A stretch of DNA of 64,000 nucleotides from Botryllus schlosseri (Eukaryota), in the NCBI GenBank assembly GCA_051294905.1, contig CM119383.1, forward strand, positions 13,206,001 through 13,270,000, written 5' to 3'. How positions within the stretch are numbered: the first letter of the stretch is position 1; the number at the start of each line of letters is the position of its first letter. Of this stretch, positions 15,001 through 25,587 are shown in pieces. The position numbers and the translations under genes were made by a program. Under the pieces are notes generated by a model, which did no database searches, was not told the origin of the DNA, and worked only from the letters and a program-made list of their open reading frames with translations.

Positions 15001-18000
15001 GTGTGTTGGCTTCGAAATTACAATGAAATGTCGATCTTAGCCGTCTGAATCTCAAGTCAATGACTTGCTTCGAGTCATGCGAAATGACTCGAGTCCAAGT
15101 CGAGTCAATACACTGATTGACTCGAGTCGAGTCGAGTCATTTCCGTATTTTGAGAAAATGACTCGAGTCGAGTCGAGTCATCTGAAAATCGTGACTCGAG
15201 TCATGACAACCCTGTCTCCTACATTATGAATATTATTCATCAACATTGCTTTAAGTCAGTGTTGGGATGACTCGAGTCATGACTTGACTCGAGTCAGACT
15301 CGAGTCACCTTTTTCGTATGACTTGACTTGACTCGAGTCACTTTGCTAAAATGACTTGACTTGACTTGACTCGGCGTATCAAAAATGTGGATTGACTCGT
15401 GACTCGGAGCAAAATTCACGAGTCAATTTCAAGTCATCAAGTAATCGGTGTCGATAAAAATCATTGTATCTTGCATATGGTCGGGTTGCTCGCGAAACGC
15501 TCGTGTAACCCGTGAGAGCGACTAATCATTCAATGATCGTGCGTTTCACTGTGCCTCCATTGTTCTTTCCCAAATAAATTGACCGCAAACGAAGTGATCG
15601 AAGCTTATAGCTTACGATGTCGTAAACTAGTATAGTAAAGTAATTTAATAGTAAAATGTGTATTTCTGCTTGCTGTTCTTACCTTAACCTAACGTCTTGG
15701 TTAATTGAAATTGAATTCGAATATAGTTTATATAGTCATCAACCATTGGCGCAGGCTCGAATGTATATTGCTTCTTATCAATTCGTTTCTCTATTATCTA
15801 TTTTGGCTGGTAACTATAAACTGAGGCTATGCAATTACTTACGTAGTTTAGCAGTTCTACGTATATGTGAGCGATACAGCGCCTTCTTGCGTGTATATTT
15901 AACTCTATATTCGTTCATTGGTTCAGAATCGATGACCACTCAATCTGTATCCCAGACAGTCAGCAAAATGCAATAACATAATCATGCCTCGTACTTCGAA
16001 AAGCCAACTTGACTTGAATTGTGACTTAACTCGTGACTTGACTTGACTTGACTCGACTTGACTCGAGTCAACTCCAAAAATCGAGTGACTTGACTTGACT
16101 CGAGTCACCTTCGAAAATCGATTGACTTGACTTGACTCGAGTCAAAATGTGCAATGACTCGAAATGACTCGTGACTCGAAGGTAGTGACTTGATCCCAAC
16201 ACTGCTTTAAGCTAGCAAGCAAAGCACCATACGACAACAATAAGAGTTTAACATCCATTTTCAGTAAATCTGTAGTCACAAACTCGCATTTGAACTTAAC
16301 ATTTTTCAATTTTATCTTTTATCTCACTTTTATCATCACATATTAATTTTTACAGCCTAAAGTGTTGGTCGGTGACGAACTAGCCTACTTTGAAATTTTT
16401 CTGAGTAATCAAGTGGATTTCGTCTACTTCCATTACGTAAATGGTTACCGTATGTTATGCGCTGCTTCTACTTCTGCTTCAACAGTTTTTAAAGTGGAAC
16501 TACGTTCTTTTCACAGTTTAGATTTTTTGAGGTGTTTGGTAGTATATGGATACATCTACAACACTTTCATGGGTGAAATTTTTTTTTGGCAACTGGACGA
16601 TGCCGAACCTCTTTGACTGCAACTGATTTAATTTCAAAAATTGCTGGTATGTTGAATGGCATTAGTTATTCTGTGTACGTCACTCAGTTACAACTGGTCC
16701 TTGAAATTTGCTAACAGAAGTCCGGGAGGGCATTCCCATCAAACAACTTACTTGAGTTATTTTCATAGCGTGGTCTTTCGAACCCCTCGAAAATTGCTAC
16801 TTCTACTTGCCATTGAGTAGGAATTGACGGCATTAGGCCTACTTCTACCTATACATGTACAATATTGTCAACGATTTTGACCGTCTATGGTTAATTACAT
16901 GAGTACAATAAAATACAGAGTAGGCTGTTTAGTCAATTTGATGCTATACTGACTAATAATAGCGACCAAGTTTTGCATTGTTTGTTACAAGAAATTAAAA
17001 ATTGATAAACACGCAAGTGAAAAGACGGTGTCCAGTCTCACAGCGAGACATACATATCGTAAACGTGTATTTGCGGCACCGAACCTACCGAGCGACTGCA
17101 TGTTCCTGTTGTAAAGGTAAGATCCATTTCAACGGGTATGTTATGGTAAATCGTGTTTGGAAACTTCCAAAGTGTGGACTTCGTCGTAAACATAACGTTT
17201 TCCGATATATGATTGGGATTTTCGATGGCTTGTCCTTCCTCCAGGTGGCGTCTCGACACCGCATTCGCAAGCTTACTCTGGTCGGTCGCAATAGTGGTTT
17301 GGCCTGTGCAAAACAAACCTACTTAATACTTATCAGAGACGCCAGGCAGAGCAGTGCGGGTAATTACGACCGTGCCCGTCACCTCCGTAGAATCACAGAT
17401 AACTTCACGCAAGTTTAGGCTTCGGTACAGCGACTCATACATGGCGCGTAGCAAATAATTAGTACGGCCTTCACGCCGTACACGGAACGATATTTGGTAT
17501 GGTACGAAACCTGACGATTCGCCAAGTACCAAATTACTATATTTTTACAATACCTTACTTTTTCATGCATTTTGCCGCGGAATATGACATGTCAATCAGT
17601 ATCATGATGCAGTTGTGTTGCATATATGATAGCAATTACCAATCGAGCAATGTCCTCTACTACATTGCGAACTGCTAAACCACTGAATCCTGGCCATGTC
17701 TCGCCGAAACGATCAATGTGATGATCGATAAGCGCCAGATATTCAATGTTCAATATATACTAATAACATTAATTCTATGCTATGCCACTCTATTCCCACT
17801 CTATTATCTTATTCTACATCTCATAGTAATTAGTAAAACGCCGCCAGAGACAACAAAGAAATGCCGCAGCAGTGTACTTTTCTCTGACTGCTTCTGGCCT
17901 CGAAAGACAGTGTAGCGTAGCCTATGTCAAGCAATCAACATGTCTTCTTTGACACGATCCATGCTTTTTTAATACCATCAACTGATAGGCGTAACCAGAA

Positions 18001-21000
18001 CACAAAAAATGCAGGAAGAGATTTTTTAACACTATAATTTCAGTTTCATGTCCATACTCCATATCGTCATTTCGTACCATGCCGTACTTGACGAATCATA
18101 CCCAATATCGTGTGCCGAAATAATCGTTCACTAGTACTACGCTACCGTAGTTCAAATAGCGAAGTGATGCCAGTTACAGGTGATTCGCAACAATCTCATA
18201 CTTCTGGCCCAAAACTTATTTCGTAGCGCTTTGTCACCATTGTGCTAATAGAGTTTATCATTACTTGACAGAAAGACCGCACCATGAATATTCGTACTCT
18301 GCAACAACATGTTTTGCGATGCTGAAGTATGGCCTGGCCAATGGCCACTGTTTCGGTATTTAATTGTAGGGGAAAAAATCGGAACTACATTTTTCGCTGA
18401 CAAAATATTTCTCTTACTGTGAAGGCGAACATTTTCGGCACTCGAAGAAACCGAGCATCACTTATACCACTCCCAGTCGAGTACTAGAATCTACAACTAC
18501 TATGAGTTCCCGCACGTGACATTTATATATCCACTATCCAGCCATAGTAGCTCTAACCTGAAGTCTCGCAAACAATCATGGCAATTCCGTCGACACACGA
18601 AGTGCCGAACCACACGGCTTCGTCGCTCATCATGATACAGCTCTCGGCAAGATCGCTATTATAAACTAAAGTGGACGGAAAGTATTCAAGTCGTTTTCCA
18701 GAATCAGACACCCGGGACCATCCAGAAATCTTCGCATCACCGCGTCCCCCAATCCATATAAAATCCACTGTTGAAGAAAAGTGTTATCGTACAGAGAGTT
18801 ATAGGAATGAAACCGCTGTGTAATTGTATAATGTATTTCAAATGACTTCTCGACGAGTTCGAGGCAGAGAATGAATTTTTCATAATTATCAGCCTATATT
18901 ATGCTATGCGATGCTGCGTTTTATTGACCGCAGCTGTTGAGTTGCGGTAATTAGGCCTAGTTCCTTCATAACATCAGCCGATAACCAGGGTTGCATTTAA
19001 AAGAAAAATCTATTTAAAACAAACCTGTTTAAAACATGTGTTTTACTGTTTTTTAAGCCATGACGTCACGAATATTCAATTGAGATAGTGGATTGACACG
19101 AAGAAATGAAAATATAGGGTAAATTTAGCGTCTTTGACGAAATATCTGCGTAGGCCCTACTATAGCTGTTGAACCGACTATTTTGGGGGTTCCAACTACC
19201 CCATGTCGTATATATACGTCGACTATATCCGGTGGTAATCGTCCTTAGGCTCATACAACACGTTTTTTCAAAGTATTTACACAATTATGGCGCGATTATA
19301 CAACCTAAAAAAACACAATTTTTCGTACCGTTCATTTTTCTCATATATCTGTGAATTGATTTCATATGTGTCTCAGAACGCGGTTCAAGCATGCGAGATC
19401 CCAATCGTTGGCAGGTTTCCACGGCGGTGGAGAAGGAAGAATAGTATCGCTTATTTTCGGTTGCGGTCACAATGACCTGACTGGATCCGAGGGGAGTCCA
19501 TTCTGCGATAACATAAAATATTATTATTCATTAGGTGTGTTACAATTTGATCAATGCACGAAGGTGCTGGGGATGGATATCGATGCTAATCAAGTGGGAT
19601 GTAAGTAAAAGTGGTGATTTGCTACGAATTCTAATAATTGTATTAACTAGGCCTACCATATGTCGTCTTTTGGGAGTATTTGTCGTCTTTTAATAAAAAT
19701 AATAAATGGTCCTCGGAGGACGCCCAAATGTCCTACTTTTCGTGTTGATTGTTTTTACTTACGACCAGATGAGGTAAGACGCCCACGATCAACACGACAG
19801 AACAAAGCAAGTAGTTTCGCAATCATCGCCTAATAATGAGACGAAACTGTCACATTGATTTCCACACACGAATGAAGATTTGTAACGTTTTATGATAATT
19901 GAAGACTTTTACACATATTGTTACTGAAATACGGCCTTTTACAACCAAGTGAAATATCATATTTAACGGATGTTAGAAAGAGTTTTCCAGTCTATTCATG
20001 ATTTTACTGCGCCTAGTTGGATTTAAGTCACAGTCGAAAGGCGAATTCACGCAATAACCACTTGGTAAGTGATTCACAAACAATGGCGACCTCGAGAGTA
20101 AAACGCCTACCCCATTTATGGGTTCATCAAGAATGGCTTCTCGGAGAACGCCATTTCTATTAAAAGTGCGATTCTGCCGACAAATATAGGCTATGGCTAT
20201 CCCCCGACTAAACACAATGAATTTTATAAACTTTCGGCTCTATGTTTTGACTTATCATAATCAGTTGGTGTTTATGGATGATTTCCATGATGAGGGGGAG
20301 AAAATGTATAGGGTTGTGTACGGAATAAATAATTATCGGTTACTGAGTGGCAAGCGGTATTTAGTAGGGTATAACGGGCTAAAACGCCAATGGAGGCGTT
20401 TTTCCCCAGCCATGCAGCAAAACTTCAAATTGATGGACAGTTGATTGACAATTTTACAAGATAATTGATACTTGGACCTTTCAGATTATTGTGGTAGAGT
20501 GTGAACGATATCTCGCGTGCAAATTCTGAAATTAAGCCCGTTTCGACCAGTTTGGTGGGTGTTATGACATTTCCCGCCTATGGTAGGCGTTTTGCCCTGC
20601 TCTTACCCTATCGTTTAAACAATTTTATTATAGTGATTATTCCTTACTGGCAAAAGTTGAGGGAACCGTAAAGTCTTCATGGGTTGAATCTACAAAATAT
20701 AGTTTATCGTGTATGATTTGTAACTTTTTATTTGCTTTGTCTTTGTAACTTTTGCCTGCAACTACCAAGGACATGTACCGTGGCGAGATAGCGCAGTGGT
20801 ATAATCCGCGGCTACAACACCACTGGATGCGGGTTCGAGTCCGACCGAAGTCGGAGGTTAGAGGTTTACCTAGGCTCCTCCTCAGCACCTCATCCGCGTC
20901 AGCGGTGTCTTACAAAAGCCTAGAGGTGGGCCGTGCTATAAGTCGGCAGCTACGGAAGAATATCGGCCTGGTGTAAATGACCATAATAGTCGACAAACAC

Positions 21001-23595
21001 TATGAATACCCCAAAACAAACAAACCAAGGAAATGTAAAACATCAACAAACAAGAAGGTGACATTGTGACAATTCTACTTTCGTTTTACTTGTCGGCAAA
21101 AAATGTCTTCTTTTGGGGTTCTGAAATATGGTACATCTATGTTAATATAGAATCGGAAAACAATGCGAATAATGAAAATCACCCGAGCTACACAAAGTAC
21201 AGATGGTGGAGGCGTCTCATCGGATTTATATTCGTAAGTCACCTGATAAAACTTTCGGAATTCCGTGACCCATCTCGTTCCAACGTGACTAACATGCCTC
21301 CTTTTTTTACATAGCCTAGGCCTCCAAGTCGTTTCGACACCTTCCTATCTTTAATTGTATTGCAGTATTGTGGTTTATTGAAATGAAGTGAGCACTTCAG
21401 CTTCAAAAGCTGTATGTTCTAGTGGAGGTAAGAAGAGTAACACTACGTGCAAGCTAAGAGCTAAGAGAGCATGTTATATGACTGCAGATCAGACGACATC
21501 ATTCGTTACCGGTTTTGCCTATATCAAGTTATCCGTATCTACACTGTGCGAATTGCGCTTACATTTACACATTAGGAATCTGATCGAACAAGGTACGCCG
21601 ACGCAGGTCGAATTCAGGGTGCTAATAGTGACTTACCTAAAAGCGCGGCCCGATCTTCGACTGGGGTTTTCGTGAAGGACGTGGAGAATTTTCTAAAGCC
21701 ATCTGTCTTGTTGAAGAGAGCGAAGCTCTGTTCACCTGCTTCATATTGGCTGAAACAAAATCAGAAATATTGAACGATGGAAAGGTGACAGACCTGAGAC
21801 CACGCTAAAGTCTATATATATTATAGGATCCACGGTTTGGGTTTCGATTTTATCATCTGCCAATTCTGGATGAACATCGATCAGTAAGGGTCCAAGAATG
21901 TATTTAGCATAGATCAGTTGCATGTTTCACTATTCGACTCGAATCATTTGATTTAAAACTCGATTCGGATTCCAGAACTCAAATCATCAGCAATAGGCTT
22001 GGACGGTATATTGACATATGTCTTCGTTGCATGACCCTTGTGATTATGAATCGAGTGCACGTTTTCTAGTTGGCATGTTGATTCTTCGAGGTAAAGCACG
22101 ACATGATCAAGAATGCGAACCACATCGGCAGCGACCCAAGTGAGTTACAAATCCTGAACACGAAATCCGTCACATAATCACCTTATTCTGCTTTGGTAAC
22201 TCACCGATAGAAGAGGAATGGTATAGGCTGACCATGACCAAAGACCCTGCCAATCGTCACGGCGGTTTGCCGCTTGATTAGTACTTGGAAGGAATAGATT
22301 GTCGTTTCCAATGGCTTAACAACAGGGCTATAATTTGATCATTGTATTGCTAGTCAATAAAATGGTGATGGGACATACGTATTTGAAATTCCAAATTGTA
22401 CAAACCCGTCATGCAATTCTAAAAGGACCAAAAACAAGCTCTGTTTCGATGGTGGTAATCGGTGATTGTCTGATGGTCAAGGACTCAAGGTAACTTTCTG
22501 ACTTTGAGCAATACAACGCTACTGAATGGATCGAACGTTCAATGTATCAAGAGCGTGTCCCATAGAAACGCGAAGATGCAAAGATAGCCAAACACAAAAT
22601 CGTTATGCGGGAAAATGGTGACCATAGTAGCTCATACCGCAATATAGGCTACATAGACGCCGGGTTAATGTGCTGCGCTATCAACCGCTTATAGTTGCTT
22701 ATTATTAGGATTATGTGCACATTGCGTTCGTTAGACTATCACTCCATACCGCAGGCTGTAAAATTGGCAAGATTAGTAATGATTGAAATATTATCTTACT
22801 ATCCAAGGCAGGCTTGATCTCTGAAAAGAACTTCTAGCACGAAGCTTTCAGGAAACCACACATCTTCGATCATACGAAAACAACACGACTGCGCAGACCG
22901 CTCCTTCGCTTCGTGGGCCGGTAAAAGTAGGGGAAGAATATTCCCGCTTAACTCAGCTTGAATTGGATTAGGATAGCAGATATACTTTCCAGGGTCTTCA
23001 ATGCCATCGTGAATCTTGAAGAAGCTACTCGCTGTTTTGATTGAAATTGCGTCGGCGAGAGTGTCTCCAACGCACGGTGTCAATACGAAATGACTCCCAA
23101 CTATGACGATAAGTGATGAGAGTGACCATTGGTCAAGTGATTGTGATGTTACATACATGCGATAATTTGCTTACCCGAATCAATAGAACTAAACAGACGG
23201 TCGTCGCGAGCAATCCACGAATGCTTGGACATGACCGAACGCACATAAAATGCATCTGAGCAATAAAGCATGATAAAAATAGTAATGAAATAAAATAAAG
23301 TTATCTGAATCAGCTAACATTACGGACCTACGATGAGTTTAATTTGACAGGTAACCGGCTCCTCCAAATGAAATTAACCCGTTTACTGGTCATTATATCG
23401 TCACAAACTAACGGCAGTCTTTCGCTTCTGATGAGAGTCAGTTGAAAAGCTTTGAAGCGTATTAAAGCAATATGGACATTGGACATATTGTTAGGTGCAA
23501 TATGGAAGTTTATACCTCCAGAAACCTAGTTAATACCTTGCGGCAGCATCGCAGATTAGCAAACTTGCTTATGTGAGCAATATATTTACCTTCAT
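1..23595 (-). CDS. Multi-exon mosaic secreted/cell-surface protein gene (signal peptide - CTL - LamG/pentraxin-like - tandem CARDB-like repeats), 3' end beyond window
   Basis: About 30 phase-compatible GT-AG exons traced by hand on the minus strand. A few joins are unresolved (about 17303-18557, 14575-16752, 12484-12935, 3378-8295), so more than one gene is possible. Confidence 0.65.
250..1497 (-). CDS. Exons 1432-1497, 975-1071, 723-915, 421-663, 250-355: CARDB-like Ig repeats
   Basis: Phases chain 0/0/1/2/2/0 with 59-65 nt introns among the last four. Peptides TCGYILIV|TTLKSTNQLNDEITNNQ, GLRLEVSEFS...GLRFFVG, KCGEMIYLCSAVGN. Confidence 0.75.
1590..1887. mobile_element. Palindromic MITE (long imperfect TIRs)
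   Basis: About 100 bp inverted arms (AATTGATAAATATATTCATATTGA...TCAATATGAATATACTTTTCAATT). A related end fragment lies near 41835. Confidence 0.65.
2046..3378 (-). CDS. Exons 3186-3378, 2933-2977, 2242-2359, 2046-2100 of the mosaic gene (CARDB-like repeat)
   Basis: Donors GTACGT, GTATTC, GTGAGT, GTATGC. Peptide KIPLLLQRNSVCTSTAYVRIELE|IFSWYAETTSN resembles the other repeat ends. One linking exon is missing. Confidence 0.6.
3888..4438 (-). repeat. 3' LTR
   Basis: Matches 6970-7520 except for one G/A substitution that I could find. Confidence 0.95.
4630..6438 (-). CDS. 602-aa Gag-like protein of the LTR element
   Basis: Intact ORF between the LTRs. The coiled-coil N-terminus, S/R/H-rich stretch and KRKEA..KLAH helix resemble BEL/Pao Gag N-termini. 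No zinc knuckle, PR, RT or IN motifs seen. Confidence 0.75.
   Translation of the reverse strand: MTMARIKCVSEEELIQKLAGLHRRYESIEHEISTQDVNINLLRHQSDLQCMFQEYSTLWSLYLLGVEDDLEKIACHKDHDKQVRFYHEFQSKLERCMQERSKHTRSHYVGSSRHMSRRLGNAYSASIHDSVNVKRKEAIIQKKMAHLKLAHQLNREVLEDEKVMIERKTSRLRLKQDFELACVEASIWKSSANVHKLHSYSQKNTEEMAVCQSTALKQSSVNTENPVSPALVGLAVKGLGNTAQVFVNGTGKDKCNAKIQDVECPSNSEAAVFNSTEVDVIADPANAPHPIEDCINANTCVQDLGILKRNYENVEDWDAECSRTTMVKFDSARSSKFPDIGKALKCKPEDVLHVNRVDNYIPERTLLCKHSSCSCDAEIEGDTESPNAHDEVSILHKSSHPDPTGNGQVAKMPVQFVHREVTGDQFTFEKRYSLDANIEKLMTQVSMDCALDSKIEACSRSITGDDGIRNVSANFPSQLLKDPQGYSDSTEFDEEASLYNVPCLQELARFGSMDKSMLELAAIWIGTDILSLSFFYKEVQTETALETLKKIDCMVNAIVRCGSNSDVSQRRRVEPFLMEFQFFVRTWLIVQPVNRWLFENVT
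6970..7520 (-). repeat. 5' LTR
   Basis: Near-perfect direct repeat of 3888-4438. Confidence 0.95.
8295..9643 (-). CDS. Exons ~9446-9643, 9272-9404, 9095-9212, 8295-8487: CARDB-like repeats
   Basis: In-phase join gives VFLHVLVYPASSNEEDFNLHNNW...DADLRVTSFKVP...YSIEFWYSLHD...FCGDIFLMIIVS, which matches the CARDB pattern DL.v...y.i.fylS.d...CG..yl.v.vD..E..NN. Confidence 0.75.
9724..10460. mobile_element. MITE with GGGCAAGTTTTT TIRs (possibly PIF/Harbinger type)
   Basis: TIRs at both ends and AAAAGTTGCA subterminal motifs. Homologous copies at 35217-36140 and 59697-60075. Confidence 0.6.
10518..10869. mobile_element. hAT-like MITE (CAGTGATTCTCAA/TTGAGAACCACTG)
   Basis: TIRs present; TSD not recognisable. 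Confidence 0.5.
11002..11544 (-). CDS. Exons 11384-11544 and 11002-11178 (first CARDB-like repeat)
   Basis: Phases 1-0 and 0-0, donors GTAAGA and GTAAGT. Peptide LNLTIANLGKCRLENLDSEISFW|ATLSNISILP. Confidence 0.75.
12191..14092 (-). CDS. LamG/pentraxin-like exons 13868-14092, 13295-13457, 12935-13049, 12191-12484
   Basis: SWTICFYIQF...QTIL, WMAICVIM..HLAIYKN, GSFIRYIDVF and ISDLNMWSFAL...C...PDLVIW are pentraxin/LamG-type strand motifs. Confidence 0.7.
14423..14575 (-). CDS. Exon with CUB-like fragment
   Basis: LCEDTADTIVVYG...NCCG resembles CUB C..D.l.iydG....CG. Donor is at 14453 or 14423, both phase 0. Confidence 0.4.
14657..15214 (+). mobile_element. hAT MITE with GACTCGAGTC subterminal repeats
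   Basis: TIR CAGGGTT/AACCCTG and exact 8-bp TSD TCTCCTAC. Inverted copy at 61666-62188. Confidence 0.9.
15257..16204. mobile_element. hAT MITE with GACTTGACTCGAGTC arrays
   Basis: TIR CAGTGTTGGGAT/ATCCCAACACTG; TSD CTTTAAGT/CTTTAAGC. Confidence 0.9.
16752..17303 (-). CDS. Exons 17089-17303 and 16752-16848 (unassigned domain)
   Basis: Acceptors TTGCACAG and GTATAG, donors GTAGGT and GTAAGT. In-phase join DLTFTTGTCSRS|VEVGLMPSIPTQWQVEVAIFEG. Confidence 0.55.
18557..19502 (-). CDS. C-type lectin domain exons 19329-19502 and 18557-18767
   Basis: FSTAVETCQRLGSRMLEPRSE...FIWIGG...CIMM....WFGTSC......VCE shows four canonical Cys and a WIG motif. It ends either at TAG 18553 or at the phase-1 donor G|GTTAGA. 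Confidence 0.85.
20780..21026 (+). mobile_element. tRNA-derived SINE
   Basis: A-box TGGCGAGATAGCGCAGTGG, B-box GGTTCGAGTCC, about 170 bp non-tRNA body and an A-rich tail. Copies at 55872 and 41871. Confidence 0.85.
21637..23595 (-). CDS. N-terminal exons 23590-23595 (MK), 23175-23304, 22800-23100, 22205-22327, 21637-21749
   Basis: Join gives signal peptide MKITLFYFITIFIMLYCSDA. Phases 0/1/2/2/1 lead in frame into the CTL exon; donors GTAAAT, GTAAGC, GTAAGA, GTGAGT, GTAAGT. Confidence 0.7.
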
Positions 23596-24583
23596 TATTG
23601 CAATTCTTCTCAATGATACGTCCCCCACTGCGCTGAATGGGTTCGACAAGAAGGCACAGTGCTATTAGAAAAATCATCACGCCAGATTCAGCTGCAGCTT
23701 ACCATGACTGCGAAGAGATTGTCAATTCAGTCCGTTTATACCGTAATACGAGTTGTATCTCGTGTATATATAGTCGGCGTGTATTGAATTATTTATTCGA
23801 AAACATATCCTCAAACAATAGATTGAATTGAAAGTGAAAATTATTTCACCATAATAGGACTAGAAACGTCACTATAATGACTTGGTATACGACTGTACGT
23901 ATCCCTTTCAGCCTATATAATTAGTTACGCCATCCAATGAGGGTACCTTAATCCCAATTTTACTTCCGTTAGTCTTTGCCAGTTGCCACTCAAATTTCGA
24001 GTGGTATATTTGAGAATCAGTAGTTCTACTCTAAAGTCCGTTACATTAAATTACCGACTACATCTGTTCCTTGGAAGAAATAGCCTACAATGGCCGAATC
24101 AACGCGTCGCGACTCATCAGTAGCGCAAAATGACTGCTTGCACGGGGTCCAACTGCAAAATACTGCATCATCAATCGCAAAATCAGTAGGTCATTGAACA
24201 TTAACATACATATGATTTTATCCACGGATCCCGCGGCTCTCAAACCGTAGAAGGCGGATGAATCGGATGTGCAATGTGCATATGGAATTGTGCATTGTGC
24301 ACGTGTACTACATTATGCTCGAAAATAGTTTGATAGCCGACGAAATACATTACCACACTTGTCTTTGAGCGCTGTGTCAACCTGCTATTCATGCTGATCA
24401 TCTGGTATCCAGTTATGTGATGAGTACGGAAGTCTGTCCTATGTTGTACCAGGGCCTACCGCGGGGCCTATGATGCTGAAAGCTGGAAAAGACACTCTCG
24501 TATCATTTGATTCAGATATTAATCCCGTGGAATCTCAAGTTATTCGTAGTCATTAGAATGACAACTGCATCATAGATGTAGAC

Positions 24584-25312
24584 CAGGGGTGGCCAACCTT
24601 TTTAGCCGAAGGGTCACATTTGACATTGACGAACTATTGCGCGGGCCACGAATCGCGCAAGGCGCGAAAATTTGTCGAAGTTCGTAGGTCAATAATATTG
24701 TCACTTGACTATATTGCTGGGCCTGCTGTATATTGCTGGGCTCAGTATGCAAGGAATGAACTATTCGGCGAATGTGCTATTCGGCGCCTGGACATGTCGA
24801 TATCGAAAGCTTCGACCAACATGCGTCAATCATTTTGTGCCTATAGGTGTCATAGTCGACGGTCTTTCTGCGAGCGCAAACGCAAGGTCGCATATGTTGA
24901 AAGACACTTTGTTTCGTAATGGCGAATATAGTTATGGACTCAATCTGATACATTAGGCGTACTTTCATTTTCACCAAGGGGTAACAATATTAAAAGCAAG
25001 AAATCGAGTGACAACATGTTGCGCGGAGCGTGTAGAAAATTTTTACTTTTGATGAATCTATCGCTTATTATTCTGCTTTATTGTAGTGAACGAATATGTA
25101 CCAAAATGTGACTGGCTCATGGATCTGCCAATGCGTCGGAACTGATATTTTTAGTCATCACATCTCAAATGTTGCGGCCCGACTAATCAATTTTTTGGTT
25201 GGCCTTGCATGTTCAAAATCTGTGCCCATTTGTGATAATATCACTTATTTCAGAAATTACCTCGCGGGCCACTCAAAACCTTCTCGCGGGCCACGGGTTG
25301 GCCGGCCCTATG
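24584..25312 (+). mobile_element. hAT (Buster-type) MITE
   Basis: TIR CAGGGGTGGCCAACC with a degenerate right end; exact TSD ATGTAGAC. Confidence 0.8.
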
Positions 25313-25587
25313 ATGTAGACGGAAAAGAGATCTTTCGATTTGTGGGTGTCGTCAATATTAAACGAAAATCTGGCTACATAATTGTGCGCGGGACCCATTA
25401 TTGAATTTGAATTGATCAGCGTACCGCTTTTCATATTGCGCTGTATCGAAAGCATCAATGGTATAGTTGAATATTGTGGAATGGTTGTCTATAATGTTAA
25501 TTGCATAGAAGAGTCTTAGTTATCTAAGCTCCAGATTTGCAGAGCTGGTTATTGATATCTAGACACCGAAATGGCACTTGTGGAAAC

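Noticed and set aside
17323-17532. ORF GFVPYQISF... as the exon after the lectin
   Set aside because: No good phase-1 donor at a workable intron distance. An alternative frame (about 17441-17537) also fits, so it is left unresolved.
19973-20444. Two short ORFs in the intron before the lectin
   Set aside because: No recognisable domain, and the flanking exons join in phase without them.
20780-20850. tRNA gene (also at 55872)
   Set aside because: A and B boxes are present, but the cloverleaf is not convincing and both copies continue into a shared SINE body and tail.
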